From positions 744,001-808,000 of the forward strand of contig CAJFCJ010000011.1 in assembly GCA_904063045.1 (NCBI GenBank): a stretch of 64,000 nt of DNA. Reading direction: 5' to 3'. Of this stretch, positions 12,336 through 27,200 are shown piece by piece (position 1 is the stretch's first letter; the number at the start of each line of letters is the position of its first letter). The notes under the pieces were generated by a model. The model did not search any database. It saw nothing but the letters and a program-made list of their open reading frames with translations, and was not told the DNA's origin. A program made the translations under genes and the position numbers. This DNA is from Dimorphilus gyrociliatus. Its lineage: Eukaryota > Animalia > Annelida.

Positions 12336-15300
12336 ATGTCTTCATATTGGCCGTCCTCTAGCCGAACATATTCTTCCGTTCAACCTTCAACACCAACTCA
12401 AAGACCTTTCGCCATCCACGACCTGTTGGCTCTTCAGCCTCAACAGCATTTTGCAGATTATCAGCATTATCAAAATGCTGGCGGAATGCCGACGCCCGAA
12501 GATATGGCGGCTTCGCCTTATGCTGCTTGGAGAGCGGCAAACTTAGTATCGGCTTTTCCTCCGACTTCCGATCATTTTGTTCCGAAGCCGTCTAGTAATT
12601 GCTATATGACTGCAAATGATCATGTAGCCCGACAAAATACTCCTCACTCTGGACTCAGTACGCTACATAGTAAGTTTCCCTTTTTTCAGTAACATTTCTT
12701 GGTATATTTTGTGCACTTCAAGTTCTTTCATTTGTTGTACTTGAAATCAACCTCACCCGTTTACATATCGTTTGACGCCACACCCAAAAAATTAAGTATA
12801 TCTTTTCCTACATAAACTAGTGAAAGACATATGTTACCACGAAGTTCACTTGAAAATTCATGTGTCGATACATTTGCGACAAAGTTATATTTAGCTTCAT
12901 TTCATTTACCTACAAGTTTTCTAATGCCCTCAAACCAGACAGCCGAATACATTATAGCAGTTTATTAGTATGTTATGATCATGAAGCTTATCGTATAATT
13001 CGCTACTATTCTTTGATAAGCCTGATGAATATCAAATTTACAATTATACGCCATTCACTTGGTATAATAGTTAATTTTCCACTTAGAGACTTAACGAATT
13101 GTATTTTGCAGGCCATTATGTCGATTGACCTACATTAAACATTTTCTTGCTATCTTCCCCAGTTTCTTAAGCCATTTGAAAAGCAAAACCTAAGAAACAC
13201 ATTTTGAGTAGACTGTTAAAAATATGACTAGCTACAGTTAGGAATACAATGTTTTAACATCAACATCTTTTTTCCATAGAATATATCAACTTACTGTAAA
13301 TCACAGTCGAAATTTAAGATTCATTTTAACTCACTATTAGATATTATTTGAAACAATTTCACAGTTTCATTCAAGAATCCTAAATATATAGGTCAGTCAG
13401 TATGCAAGAGCTTCATAGTCAGCTATTTTAGTTCCTCAAAGGAAGTCACAAATGCAGTTCCAGAGTTCTCTTTTTGAAAAATTAATAATACTATTAGGAG
13501 ATCTAGAACTTTAGACGACAGTTTTTTTTCATTAAAGTATAAAAGGTATGAACCATGGTAAGATATGGTGTGACTGGTCGAAACGACGGGGGACCAATTA
13601 GAGTCTGACAGCGTTCACAACAGCAGCTAATTGAGTGTTAATTTCTGAGCAGAATGCTTTCATAATGGCGACCTTAGCCTTTCAGTATTCGTTCATAAGA
13701 ACCCAAGACCTGTCATAATGCTATTCCGCCTTTGTATTGCCTCTATATAATTATCTAGGCTCAAACGGCTTTTCAGGACAATATTAAAATTTCGATGATC
13801 GTGAATCTGTAATAAATCATAAACATTGTAGTTTTTACATTATTTTTTGGACTGACTAATTGGGGGGTTGTAATGTAGTCTGTAGCTGTGTTGAAACGCA
13901 TGTTCAAGATTAGATTTAAGCTTAAAATTGCTCCGCTATAATTGGCGCCTTGTACCAAAGCACCGTTCATGTATAAAGGACAGATGTAGTGATAAAATTT
14001 GCGTGACAACGCATCTTCACCAGTTTCCATAAATAAACTTAAAATTTTTAGCGAATTACTCGTCTTGCGTAAACTTAAAGGAACTAGATGAATTGAAGTA
14101 ACAGTTTTAAAATATACGAGCTATTAAATTTCAATCACCTTCAGTTTTAATCACTGCATAAGATAAGATGAGTATTGCTGATAACGATATCACTTATCAA
14201 TAGTTTGCTTGTCTTGCTCACGACAAGTGTCAATTTGCTCAATAAAAAGATAAACACTTTCATTGCCTATGCTTGTTTAACGACTAATCTCGAGTGGGTT
14301 AGTGACTGTTGTTTTTCAGCAAAGTGTATTGCAATAAAGATTTGACATAATTATTCGTTTTATTACAAATTCCTTTTCGAAGTATTTTCACATTCCCATA
14401 CTCTCGTTAGCTTTGCGAACGCATGAAAAAAGGCCTTCAAAGCCTTTTTGAGAGTAGGAAAATTAAATGCTTTTATCGATGACAGGTTGCAGTGAAAGCC
14501 TAAGAAACGATTCTGAGACCAGTATGAATGGCACGAAGAGCAAGAAAAAGAAAAGACGACATAGGTAAAAACGTTATATTTTAAATTTAATGGCATTAGA
14601 AAAGTGTGATCAATAAAATCATGTATAAGTTTAATAAGTGCTTCGGGTGTTACAAATATGATGTCAACGAATGTCGAGAGAATTTTAGAGAATCTCTTAC
14701 GCAATCCAGTAAAGGAAGAGTAAAAATTGCTTCCACGACTGTATGATAAACAACAATCAAATTCCTACTAAGTGTTCAAAGAATTCTATTTTAAGTTAAA
14801 CAATATTGAAAGTCATTCAAAAGAATGGAAATTTATTATAATATTCTTGTTTCTTTTTATAAAGGACAATTTTTACGTCGTATCAACTTGAAGAATTGGA
14901 AAAGGCATTTCAGGATGCACACTACCCAGACGTTAACGCAAGAGAGGTTTTGTCTCTAAGAACAAATTTGCCAGAGGATAGAATTCAGGTTGAACCATTT
15001 TCACTTTTACCGTATATATATGTGGCTGCAAATTTTTGTCACTCACCAACTAATTAAGATTATTTCTCATACAACACGCATCAGTAAAATCAAACCGCGA
15101 AATACATTTCGGACAGTTCAAAGGCATTTAAGCTACTTACACAAAATAATTAGCGAGACTTTGTAATTGCCAATTAACATGCACGACCCATTGCAAACAG
15201 GCTACATTTTAAGAATAGTATCATGGTAATAGTCTCGAAGGCTCTATACAATAATTTAATTCAGCAGATTCCGTAGCAAAAGATCATGATTTTCTTCATT

Positions 15301-16413
15301 TGATAGATTATACTGTTCTTGAATACACATCGGGGAAATTATAAGCATAAAATTATCAAACTACATGTATACTAATATATATATATATATATGCCTAGAC
15401 ATCTTCATTGTCTATTTTCAACTGGATCAACGTCATACAAGTAGAAACTTTGTTAACTCTAATTTAAGTAATAGTATCTAAAGAGAGAATAGCTAAAGAT
15501 GTATTGTAAGATTTATTGTTAATTAGCTGAGAAATAAAAGGGGGGTATGAGAGCGTGTAAAGGCAGCATAAAAACAACCCGCATTGTTCAAAGAATATAC
15601 GGCGTCTAATCGAACGTGCTCCGCGCTCACTGCAGTCTGTAACTAACAAGCTTCAAGTTTCGCAGCGCCATGCCCTCTAGACTAATCAAGCCATTCACGC
15701 CTAATTAAGCTTCTACAATGTGAGTTTATTGGAACTATTTTCTTCCCAATTAGAACCTTCCTTGTTTTAATGTCTTATAGAGCCAATTTCATCTTCGCTC
15801 CTCCTATATTCTTGCTCCGCCCCACGCTCTTTGTTATACAAAATCGAACAATTTTCTACTAGATTATACATTTTAAACTTTCTAAAAAGAGAACATCTAT
15901 GTGACGAAGAAATAACTTTAAAAAGGATAAAAAGAAACAATTATTTTGCAGGTATGGTTTCAAAACAGAAGAGCAAAGTGGAGAAAAACTGAAAAAAAAT
16001 GGGGTAAAAGTTCTATAATGGCTGAATATGGATTGTACGGTGCCATGGTTCGACACTCTCTCCCCCTTCCGGAGTCTATTCTAAAACATAACCAAGGAGA
16101 CGAATCTTCTGCTCCATGGCTTTTAGGTAACCAAATTAAAATTGCCTAAAAATCAACCATCACACTATCAATGTTTGATACAGGAATGCATAAAAAATCT
16201 CAAGAAGCAGCAGAGAAACTAAAGGATGATAATTCACCCAGCTCAGCTCTTGAAAAGAGTGCTGATAAGCGTGATAGGCACGATCAAACATCTGAGGGTT
16301 CACCACCGAAAGTACGATCGAAAGCTGGTTTTCCATCACCGAATAATCAATCCTTACAAGCCATGTTTTTACAGCATAGGCCACCACATCAATCTCTCAT
16401 GTTTGCTCAATAG
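12336..16413 (+). CDS. Vsx: Visual system homeobox protein, copy b (313 aa; eh1, homeodomain, CVC; no recognisable OAR)
   Basis: Exons 12336-12669, 14486-14564, 14865-14988, 15952-16126, 16184-16413; phases consistent. Motifs [56 protein letters not shown]|[12 protein letters not shown] and CVC split by a 57-nt intron (WLLG|MHKKS). Confidence 0.94.
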
Positions 16414-17085
16414 TTTTTTTGTTTTTTTCAACGTGCCTGTCAAAATGTTGTGCTTTGGAAAGAATGTATGCATTTAAGATAAATATTTATGTCTGTATTA
16501 CTGTTAAAAAGTGGTTTTTGTCACTCTTTCTCTGTGTCTCTATCTCCTTATCTTCTTAAAATATTATATACTTTTCCTTTCTTGTAAATTGACTTGTAGT
16601 ATTTTTCAACCAAATAATTGTTCAAAAATTTCAAGATTTACTATTATCATTAAATAAATATCAATTATTTATTTTCTGTATTATTAATTTAATTAAGTGA
16701 TAGTAAGAATTCGAAATTTGGATAGCAACGTGTACAATTAAAAATTGTAAACATCATGAATATTCATATAGATAATTTTTTCACCATAGTTAACATTTTT
16801 GATTAAATCAAAAGCAAATTTTTAAATTTCTAATCTTAAAATTAGAGGGAAGAATGTTCTTCGTTTGAAAAACTGCTCTCTGATCGAAGCATTAGTAACA
16901 CAGCTAGGATAGAAAGTCGCTTAAAGTATATTTCGGAGAGAAATAAGAAATTGCATAAATTAATTGTATCAGTAGAACACCAGGTAGTTTATATAGTTAA
17001 AAACATTTTAACATCTCTCAAATTGTTTTTTCTATACGTGCAACCCAACTCCAAATCCAGGTTAAATAAGTAGGAAATATTTATT

Positions 17086-17101
17086 CAATAGATGGCGCTG
17101 T
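17086..17101 (+). promoter_or_regulatory. CTCF-like motif CAATAGATGGCGCTGT between Vsx-b and Otx
   Basis: AGATGGCGC core; 15/16 identical to the reverse-oriented copy at 28645-28660. Confidence 0.5.
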
Positions 17102-20100
17102 CAGAAATGAGCAAGGCCATCTATGGAGTCCTTTCTTAACAGTTACATAAATCCTCATGCTAGTAAAGAATATCTTAAAATAATACTTTTCTATTGCTTT
17201 ATTTTATTCTTCCATGCTTCCCCATTATAAATTTTAATATTTCTTCTACATTATATATCTGACATGAATACTTAGAATTCAGATAATTTTCGTCGATTTA
17301 AGCTGAAAACGAAAGACAGTTATATTCATGCCATTGGCAGTTTCTTCATTTGTTTACTATATAAAATTTTCATTTCCCTGGGTAATGGAGTATTTCCACC
17401 CATAAAAAGGTCACTAACTCAAAAAATAATCATCTAACATTATTTAATCAATTAGAAAGACATAAATTGCTACATAAGACGAGCTTACATTTCTTTGTCA
17501 TTAGTATAGCCGTAGGCAAAAATAAATGAAGAGGTAATTATACGCATTTCATGGCTTGAACGGAAATTAACAACAGAATAATCATGACACAAATAAACCA
17601 AACAATTAAAAGTAACTTTAATCACTCGACATCCTTATAACGTGTTTCTACATACTATAAATTGTATACTTGACAAAAGCAATTGTTTTACTAACTTAAA
17701 TTACGAAGTTGTACTTTTTTAACTTTACTTCTAACCGCCAAAAATTGCATAATAAAAATCTGAAGAAAAAGTAAAATGTAAAAGATAAATTTTGAAATTA
17801 GAAAGTTTATGGGAAGTGACACTAATCGAAACATCAACTTCAACCATTGATGTAATAATTATCCTCAATAGATTCTTCCTTCTATAAAAAGGCGCTCTTT
17901 AAATTCTTGTGTCTATAAAATAACTTCATTTCTACACTACCTCAAAGCGATAAATTAAAAGAAAAATAAATTATTAACCCATTAATGTGCATTTAACATC
18001 CTCGACTCCAGACAAAGTACTAGAATAAACAATTTTCTACAATACTCCGAAACGTTATTATATCATTATTAACCCCAACAAAAAAATCTTTAAAAAGTAT
18101 TCTCAAAAAGACTTAATGGAGTGATCTAGCATGTATCTTTAAGACTTTGAAATCTCTAATGTAAATCCAAACTGTACAATTATTAAAAATAACAGAGATT
18201 ACACACACTAGATGCCGCCAGTTTTCCTAAACTTGAAACAGGTGCCATCTGCTTTGCATTTACGAAATGTGCTGATTCCTCACTCTGATAAAACATCAGA
18301 TAAATTATAATTTAGTACTTAGGCCCTCTTCTAGTAGAAAATATTTTTAGATTCAAGGTGGTTTTATACAAACAGTATATATCACATATTTATAAATATA
18401 ATTCATGTATATATGTACACAGTATAAATTGAAGTCTTTCTATTACATAATTTTTACCAAAAAAATTAACATATATGATTTCAGCGAAAGCTTTCACTTC
18501 GCAAGAGCAACCGTTATTTAATGTTGGTGAGTATACACAGCGTCTCCCATTATCGGCCGTCTTTTAGTGACGTTTTCAATTTACTCGCGTTCCTTTCAAG
18601 TGCACAGGCCCCGCTCGGCGCACTAAGCTAAGCTTCTTAACTCTCTCGCATGCATGCAGAGGCTGCCGTTTTCCTCTGCTGCTGCCGTATGCCGGCTATA
18701 GACGGCGGCCTCTTTGTGCGTTTTGCGGCTTATTTCATCAGACAAAAAGCACACTGCCAAACCACTCTGCATCATTCGAGCACATCTTAAACTTACCGCA
18801 AAATTAAGTTATGATTTTCAAATTCAATAACTGATATGTATCTTTAAGTACAAGAAATATAATGGACTTTCGCGAACGTATACTTAATCTCTTTGTGCTC
18901 TTGATAAAAAAGTACATATATGAATTCATTTACAGATACAAAGATTGTCAAATAATACATCTATACATCTATGTATATATGTTCGAGTACGGTATCCGGC
19001 GCTAATTAAGTGAAACACTACAAACGATACGTTTCCGTATCGCATCACAACTACGGAAAATGCTAATTGTTTGAGAAGAGCGTCGACCGGAAATCGGTCG
19101 TCATCGACGCTGTGAGAGCTTTATTTTCACGATTTTCTGGCAGTTGAACGAGAAATTAAAAGGTATATATGACTGTGGGTCGGTGTGAATAGAAGGAATA
19201 TTTACTTAGCAGCCCGCCAAAAGGCCTGTTCATACACAAACTATACCGGTACCAACGAATAGCAGTTTATTCTCAAAAAATTCCATTTATTCCTATGTCT
19301 TTGGAGACATTTATTCCTCTTTCCCCTAAATTAAAAGAGTATAAATTTAAAACCCCTTTCTTGGAGATTTTAATTTCTTTAAAATTTAAGAGTAAAAAGT
19401 GATATGTGAAATAGGGAATATTTACTTAAATTTTAGATAGTGTAGTAACGTAGACGAAGGTGGCTGGGTGACGCCGTATGTTTGCAGTTGAGTACACTTT
19501 GCGCGGCGTTCAACAGAGTTCGTGTTGACACAAAGTGGCTAAACCAACACGGCGTTAAACACAGTAGCTTTCTAAAATAGCTCTCACACTAACCTATATA
19601 TTTTCCTACCCCGAAGCTAACCGCCTAATGTCTGCTTATATGTACACACGTCCACGCAATGGGGAAATGTACAGTTTTTCATGTCCATATTATGAAAACT
19701 CATCAAAATGGCACCTGCCGTAATCATGACTGGCGTCTGGCACACTTCAATAGCGCACCACCCACAACCCGCGTTCGCAACTCTCCAATCCCGTCACCCG
19801 GGAAACGCCTGCAGCACGTAGAAAGGTGTTGTGTACATACACAAACACGAAAACTTTCCAAATGAAATTTGTATATATACAATTTACAGTGCACAACACT
19901 TCACTTTTTATTTTCGAGATAAAATGAGCAGGGAGATTTAAGGAGAAAAAAACGGAGAAAATATGATAAGGAGAAAATGTATAGTCAAAGTTTAAGGAAA
20001 TATATACATAGTAGACGCTGTATACGCGTACATTACATAGTATTACATAGTAATTTGCTGTAAATATAGACAACACCGCTCTTTTCCAATTTTTCAAACC

Positions 20101-20204
20101 CAATACTGACTACGGCAAGAGAAAGACGACATTGACACGTTTACACGTATACACATGCATGCACATTGATATAAATTAACATAACGATTGGATATAGAGA
20201 CTTT

Positions 20205-22065
<1,861 letters not shown>

Positions 22066-22111
22066 ATCCGTCCCAGGTTTTAATCACTCTTTTGGTCTAA
22101 GTAAATTGGAC

Positions 22112-22272
22112 TGAAATGTAGAAATGATTTTTAAGCTACTTCCAGTTGTCGTTCGCGAAAAGTTTGCGCTCAAGGAATTTATTTAGGAATTAGCGCCAAC
22201 TAAAGCCGTTTCAATAGTCGGGCCGTGATCCTTTAGCGGATTTGTGAATTAAACATTAATACAGACACTTAC
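22112..22272 (-). other. Putative 5'-UTR intron of Otx (161 nt)
   Basis: Minus-strand donor tcag|gtaagtg at 22272 and acceptor catttcag| at 22112. The downstream 46 nt contain an in-frame stop before the ATG, so this region is non-coding. Confidence 0.55.
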
Positions 22273-23784
22273 CTGACTAAGATGCTTCTTGCCGCGATAC
22301 GCACACACGTTTGCTAGCACGCTCGATTTGGGTCGAGCGGGCATTAGAGTTAGGCGGAGCCAACGTTGTCCAATCAGCGAGGATCAGTGCCGAATGGGAG
22401 CTTGATTGACGTTCATCGGCTTGCGTTTGGTGTGTAATTAGAATGTTGTGTAGCGGCGTAGAGCACTAGCTACTCTCGCTATTTTCTCCGTTAACCAGCT
22501 CGTTAGCGGCCGACTAGCAACTCCCAAGAGTTTAGCCGCCGTTCGCTGACGCCATTTTCGTATCGTTTTGCGCATGCATGTTTGATGAACGTTCGCTGCG
22601 CAGGTGCCGCGACACCGTAAGACACTAACGAATTGTTTATGTTTGCACCGCGTACTGCCGCAAGGTGCAGTAAGAACAATCACACGCTAATGACGTTATT
22701 ACGTCAGTGTAGTGTGCCAATCATACTTTACCTTTGTTTCTATCGTCTTCAAACTTCCTTTGATCGACCGCTTTGGTTTCTCATCGCCCGCCTGCGTCCG
22801 AGATATTCATTGTAAAAAACCATTCTATCATCGCTTCGCTGTGTGTTTTTACTAGACTTTTCTTTTAGCTTTCTGATGGATGCGTGCACATCGATAGCTT
22901 ATAGGTATGTCGCAATGCACTTTTTATTAGGAATGCCATTTGAATTGAAAAAAGTATATAAATTTGAAGACTTATAAAATATCGTATTTTTTGAAATTCT
23001 GCTTTCAAGAGTAAAATAATTACGAATACTTGCTATAACCTTTTGTGAAATTGATTTTAGGAGTTTTCCCTGAATCTTAAATGACTTTTCTGAATGATAT
23101 TTAAGTTTCTGAAATTTTTCTGAAAGGCAAACTGCCAGAGGATGGTTTCTCTCTTACACTATTCTTCCTATTAGAAAAGTGATCGCCCGCATTCAAGCTA
23201 ATCGCTTGCTCGTTTAGTTGAACACTTTGTAAAAGAACCATCTATAAGCACATATTACAAGGATCAGAGGCGATTAGTTGTATTTTTACCAACAATCCTA
23301 TTATACTTTATATCCGATTTATATCATGTTTATATAGACTTTGATTTGAGTAAGTGTGAATTGAGAGTAGTGACAACAACAACACTCCTACATCCGTATG
23401 TATAACCCTAAAATCTTAAATCGAATAGAGATCTACTGCAAAAATTGATGCTTTGAAATTCATTTGCATAAAATTTACATATTGATCGGCAATCGATCGC
23501 CATGACGTGTTAGCATGATAAAGAGGTTCGTCGAGATCAATGCTTTCAACACTCGATACATTCGGACTCAGCACTTGGTTGATATTTGCATAAATAAGAA
23601 GGCGTTGAGAATTTATAGAAGTTTGACAGTTGTATGAATATTTTTGGCACAGTTAGGAGCTTAAAGTTAATGCATAACTTTTTGGAAATGGTTTAAATTC
23701 AAAAGCGTTTTATAGTATTATCAACAACGCCTTGTCATTGGTTTTATTTTAGAATGTCATCTTCATTATAAACGTCTTTGAAAA

Positions 23785-23850
23785 ATATACATATTATATA
23801 TATATATATTATTATATATATTATATATATATATATTATATATATATATT
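23785..23850. repeat. Compound (TA)n/(TATT) microsatellite; other (TA)n tracts near 9070-9090, 9401-9428, 15375-15392 and 24771-24795
   Basis: Read directly from the sequence. Confidence 0.9.
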
Positions 23851-24240
23851 AAAGCACGTTCAATCTTGTCGTTTATATATAAAAGTCGTGCGAATGGAAT
23901 AAAGAAGGCGCGGGTCAGTAATGTTAAACAGGCCTCAAATGTCAAACAACTTGCGCTTTCAATATTGTCTTTCAACGAGCGGTGTATTTGATTGGGAACG
24001 GGCAAAATAGGCGTGACTATGCATGAAAAAGGAAAAATGAATTAACGTTGAACCGGTTTTAAAACATGCAGCATCAAATAGATGCGAAAAAGATAGCGAA
24101 AGTTTGCCAACACATTTAGCAATCAACTAAATGGAACAATTAGAGCATGGCGCCAGATTGACTTGCGCAGTAATTTTGCGATTTGGCTTTGAAATCACGC
24201 AAAGGGGAGGCGTGTGACGTACGTCAGTGTACATCGGTCA

Positions 24241-27200
24241 TGACGTCATCATCATTATACGCTTCATGCCCGCGTTAATTCTCTCAGACGCTTGCCTTGT
24301 TGGCTGTTGCAGGTGCACTAACTGCAAATTAGTGAACGGTACACACAACAAAGACTTCACTAACTAAATTAAGTCCTTTTATTTAGCGGGGTGTCATTTT
24401 ATGTGGCCGGCGGGCGTCGATCGATAGACGCCAGGTAACGGTTGGATTAGGACGGCACGCTGCAGCCAATCTGCCAATAGAAGTGCAGTCGCCTAATTAA
24501 TGAGACGTCGCTGCACTAATTGATTAGATATTGTATTGTTGTATCGAGATTTTTCAACGTGTTTCTTAATTAAAAACGAAGCTGGGTAGCCATGAGGTAG
24601 CTGCATGCATGCAGACGACGATGCTCTCGCCTTCAATAAGGCATAATCCTGGCTTGACCTAGATGACGAAGGCGCGCGTTGCTGCTGTTGATCAAAGGCG
24701 CGCACCTGGCACGCAGCGTCTCTTTTGCACTTGAAAGTATCCTGTTTATACATTTGAATACTATACATTTATATATATATATATATATATATATAGTTAA
24801 TACATGAATGCAAATTTAACAAAAGATCTAATTTTTTCAATTAGTAAATGTCCTGAATAGTCATTTACTTAATGAAAAATCATTGTTTTATTAGAAATAT
24901 TTTGATATATATTTGCATATTAACAAGAAAGTTTTGTTGGGTTCTTAGTAGTTTTCTAATGTTTTCCGGCGGTCGGGTGGTCTTCTGATCAGCGACTTGG
25001 GCGGAGTAATGTCGGCGCCAGTCAGCCTACTCAACATCACTTAGTCTGTTATTATCGCCAAAGAGAGCAGGCAGGCAGTCGGTCAGAAAATTGGCCTGAC
25101 TCAAGGTGATTGTGAGCAAATGATTGGAGGGGCATTGTAGCGAAGAAAGAGGAGATTGGCGGCAACAAGGTGAGAGTTGAAATGTGAGTGCGGCATGCAC
25201 AGGTGTGGTGCACTATACCTCTTTGATGGTCGCCACCCACCTTGACGACAGGTCGTCAATGACATCTCTGTTATATAGGCCTCATCGCTATTACTTTAAT
25301 ATCCGTCATGGTATATTTACGGTCACCCTATGGGCTAAGAAAAAGTCGGCAATTTGTCATGTCCGGTGCTAGATGTATGGCAAGAGGGAATAGTTTCGCA
25401 ACCAGGCGGAAAGGGAGCGTTAAACGAGACGGCTGTGAGACGTCGATAAGACGCCTGGCCGGGAGAAGGATAAGCGCTGAACGCACGCATATCATAAATA
25501 CATCATGGATGTATGCATAAAGACAGAATTAATTTTCTTTCTTTCTCCTTATTCTCCCCGATATTTTCAATTCCTTTTTCTCATTTTAACTAAATCCTCC
25601 CCTCCTTACACTATTCACGTGCCGCGTACTCGACCTCAATCCGTCTCACTCTAAGCCCCGTCTCAAATACGCAGTAAACACATAATTTTAAAGCTGCTGT
25701 CGAGACTAAAACCTCTGTAAGCTGATCAAGGCGGGGTATATAGTCAGCTTGCACACTGCCATTCGGACAGACAGAGTCGGTCGGTGGCTGCAGCCGGAGG
25801 AAGTTTTTAAAAGAGATCTACAATTCGTCAATTACTGCTCGGCCGTTACTATAAAAATAGTTGGTTTGACATGTAAGTGTTTCCTTAGGCAAGGCACCAT
25901 CGCATTGTTGTCGCCTTTTCAGTACCTTGTATTCATGAGTATATAGATTGCTTTTCAATTATGCCGTACACCCCTACTGTCTTTTGCTTCATCCCATTCT
26001 CACCTGCTTTATCAACTCAACGAAACTTTCGAAAAGAAACACCGCTTCTGTGTATTCGAAATTCTTGCTAGCATCAAAGTGAAAACGGATACCTGGGTAG
26101 TGACGTCATCTAGCCGTAACTAAATCATTGAAGCGGATAAGCAGGAAAATGAACAACATATACGTGAATAAAGAATATGATTAGACCGTGTTCTCTCAAG
26201 CATATAATATGAAATCTGTTGCTTATTGTAATGCTTGAGAACTATCTTGCATTTCATCGGCTTTCGGTTGTCCATTCAGAACAGCCAAACTTCTCTAATT
26301 CAAAAATAAAAGCGAAATGCTAAAAGAACGACAGATTGGTGCGCGTCATCATCAAGATGTTATCGCTTCGTCACTATTTAGGCGGCTCGTGTGAAGTGGG
26401 CGGCTGACGAGGCAAATGGGCGGCAAAGTAGGCGGGCATCTTGCGACGTCCATTAGTGAGCATTACACATATCCAGGTCACGCCCAGGGTCACGTGATAG
26501 ATTCAACCGAAATATGGTGTTGTGGGCACTCCACATCTGGTACGCCTCAGGGCCCCAGAGGAGAGCCGAGAAGCAACTGAACTTGAACGTATTTCGAATA
26601 TTTTTTATCGATTTAATTCACATTAAACAAGAGAAAGTACATTTTCCTAGCTATTCAGCACTAAGTTTTTTTGTAATTAATTGGACAAATTCGAACAAAC
26701 AATTAAACATATCAATTATTCTTAAAGAATGCCCGCCCGTTCGGAGATGATCGATGAACAATAAATCATTCAAGAAATTTGCTCAGTTCTACACACGATC
26801 TTGTTTGTACAGGACAGCTTAACGGGACGAGCAAATAATATTTGATTTCGGCTCAACGTTTTGTTGTGCGATGCACCTTCGGGCACATGTGTACACTCTC
26901 TCACCATCCTATCCTCATCCTCTTATAGTTCCATACGCCAGATTTCCCTACGCTGTTAAATTCTTTTGTCGTTGATTCACAGTCCTTAATATGTATATAA
27001 TTAGAAGCAAGTCTGTGATTCTAATTTGTCTTTACTTAATTTCAGTGATTGAATACTTGCAATTATTACTTTGTTTTCTCTCCATACATTTTCAGATCAA
27101 AAGTTAGTTCTATACACCTGCCTTAGCGGAAGGTCTTTGAACAAAATAACAATACATGTTAATTGGTGATATAAATGACAGAAGCGGCTTTTAAAGACAG

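Noticed and set aside
13773-14704. Minus-strand ORFs 13773-14030 and 14363-14704 inside Vsx-b intron 1 and exon 2
   Set aside because: No recognisable domain; composition typical of chance ORFs in AT-rich DNA.
18736-18742. CTGATGA on the minus strand (hammerhead core or box C)
   Set aside because: No correctly placed stem II plus GAAA, and no box D at a snoRNA-like distance.
19747-20103. 118-aa minus-strand ORF downstream of Otx
   Set aside because: Low-complexity F/Y/I-rich translation of the AT-rich Otx 3' UTR; no ATG-led protein-like features.
22438-25946. Numerous 60-90 aa ORFs in the Otx upstream region
   Set aside because: They coincide with GC-richer regulatory islands, show no splice-consistent gene structure and contain no protein motifs.
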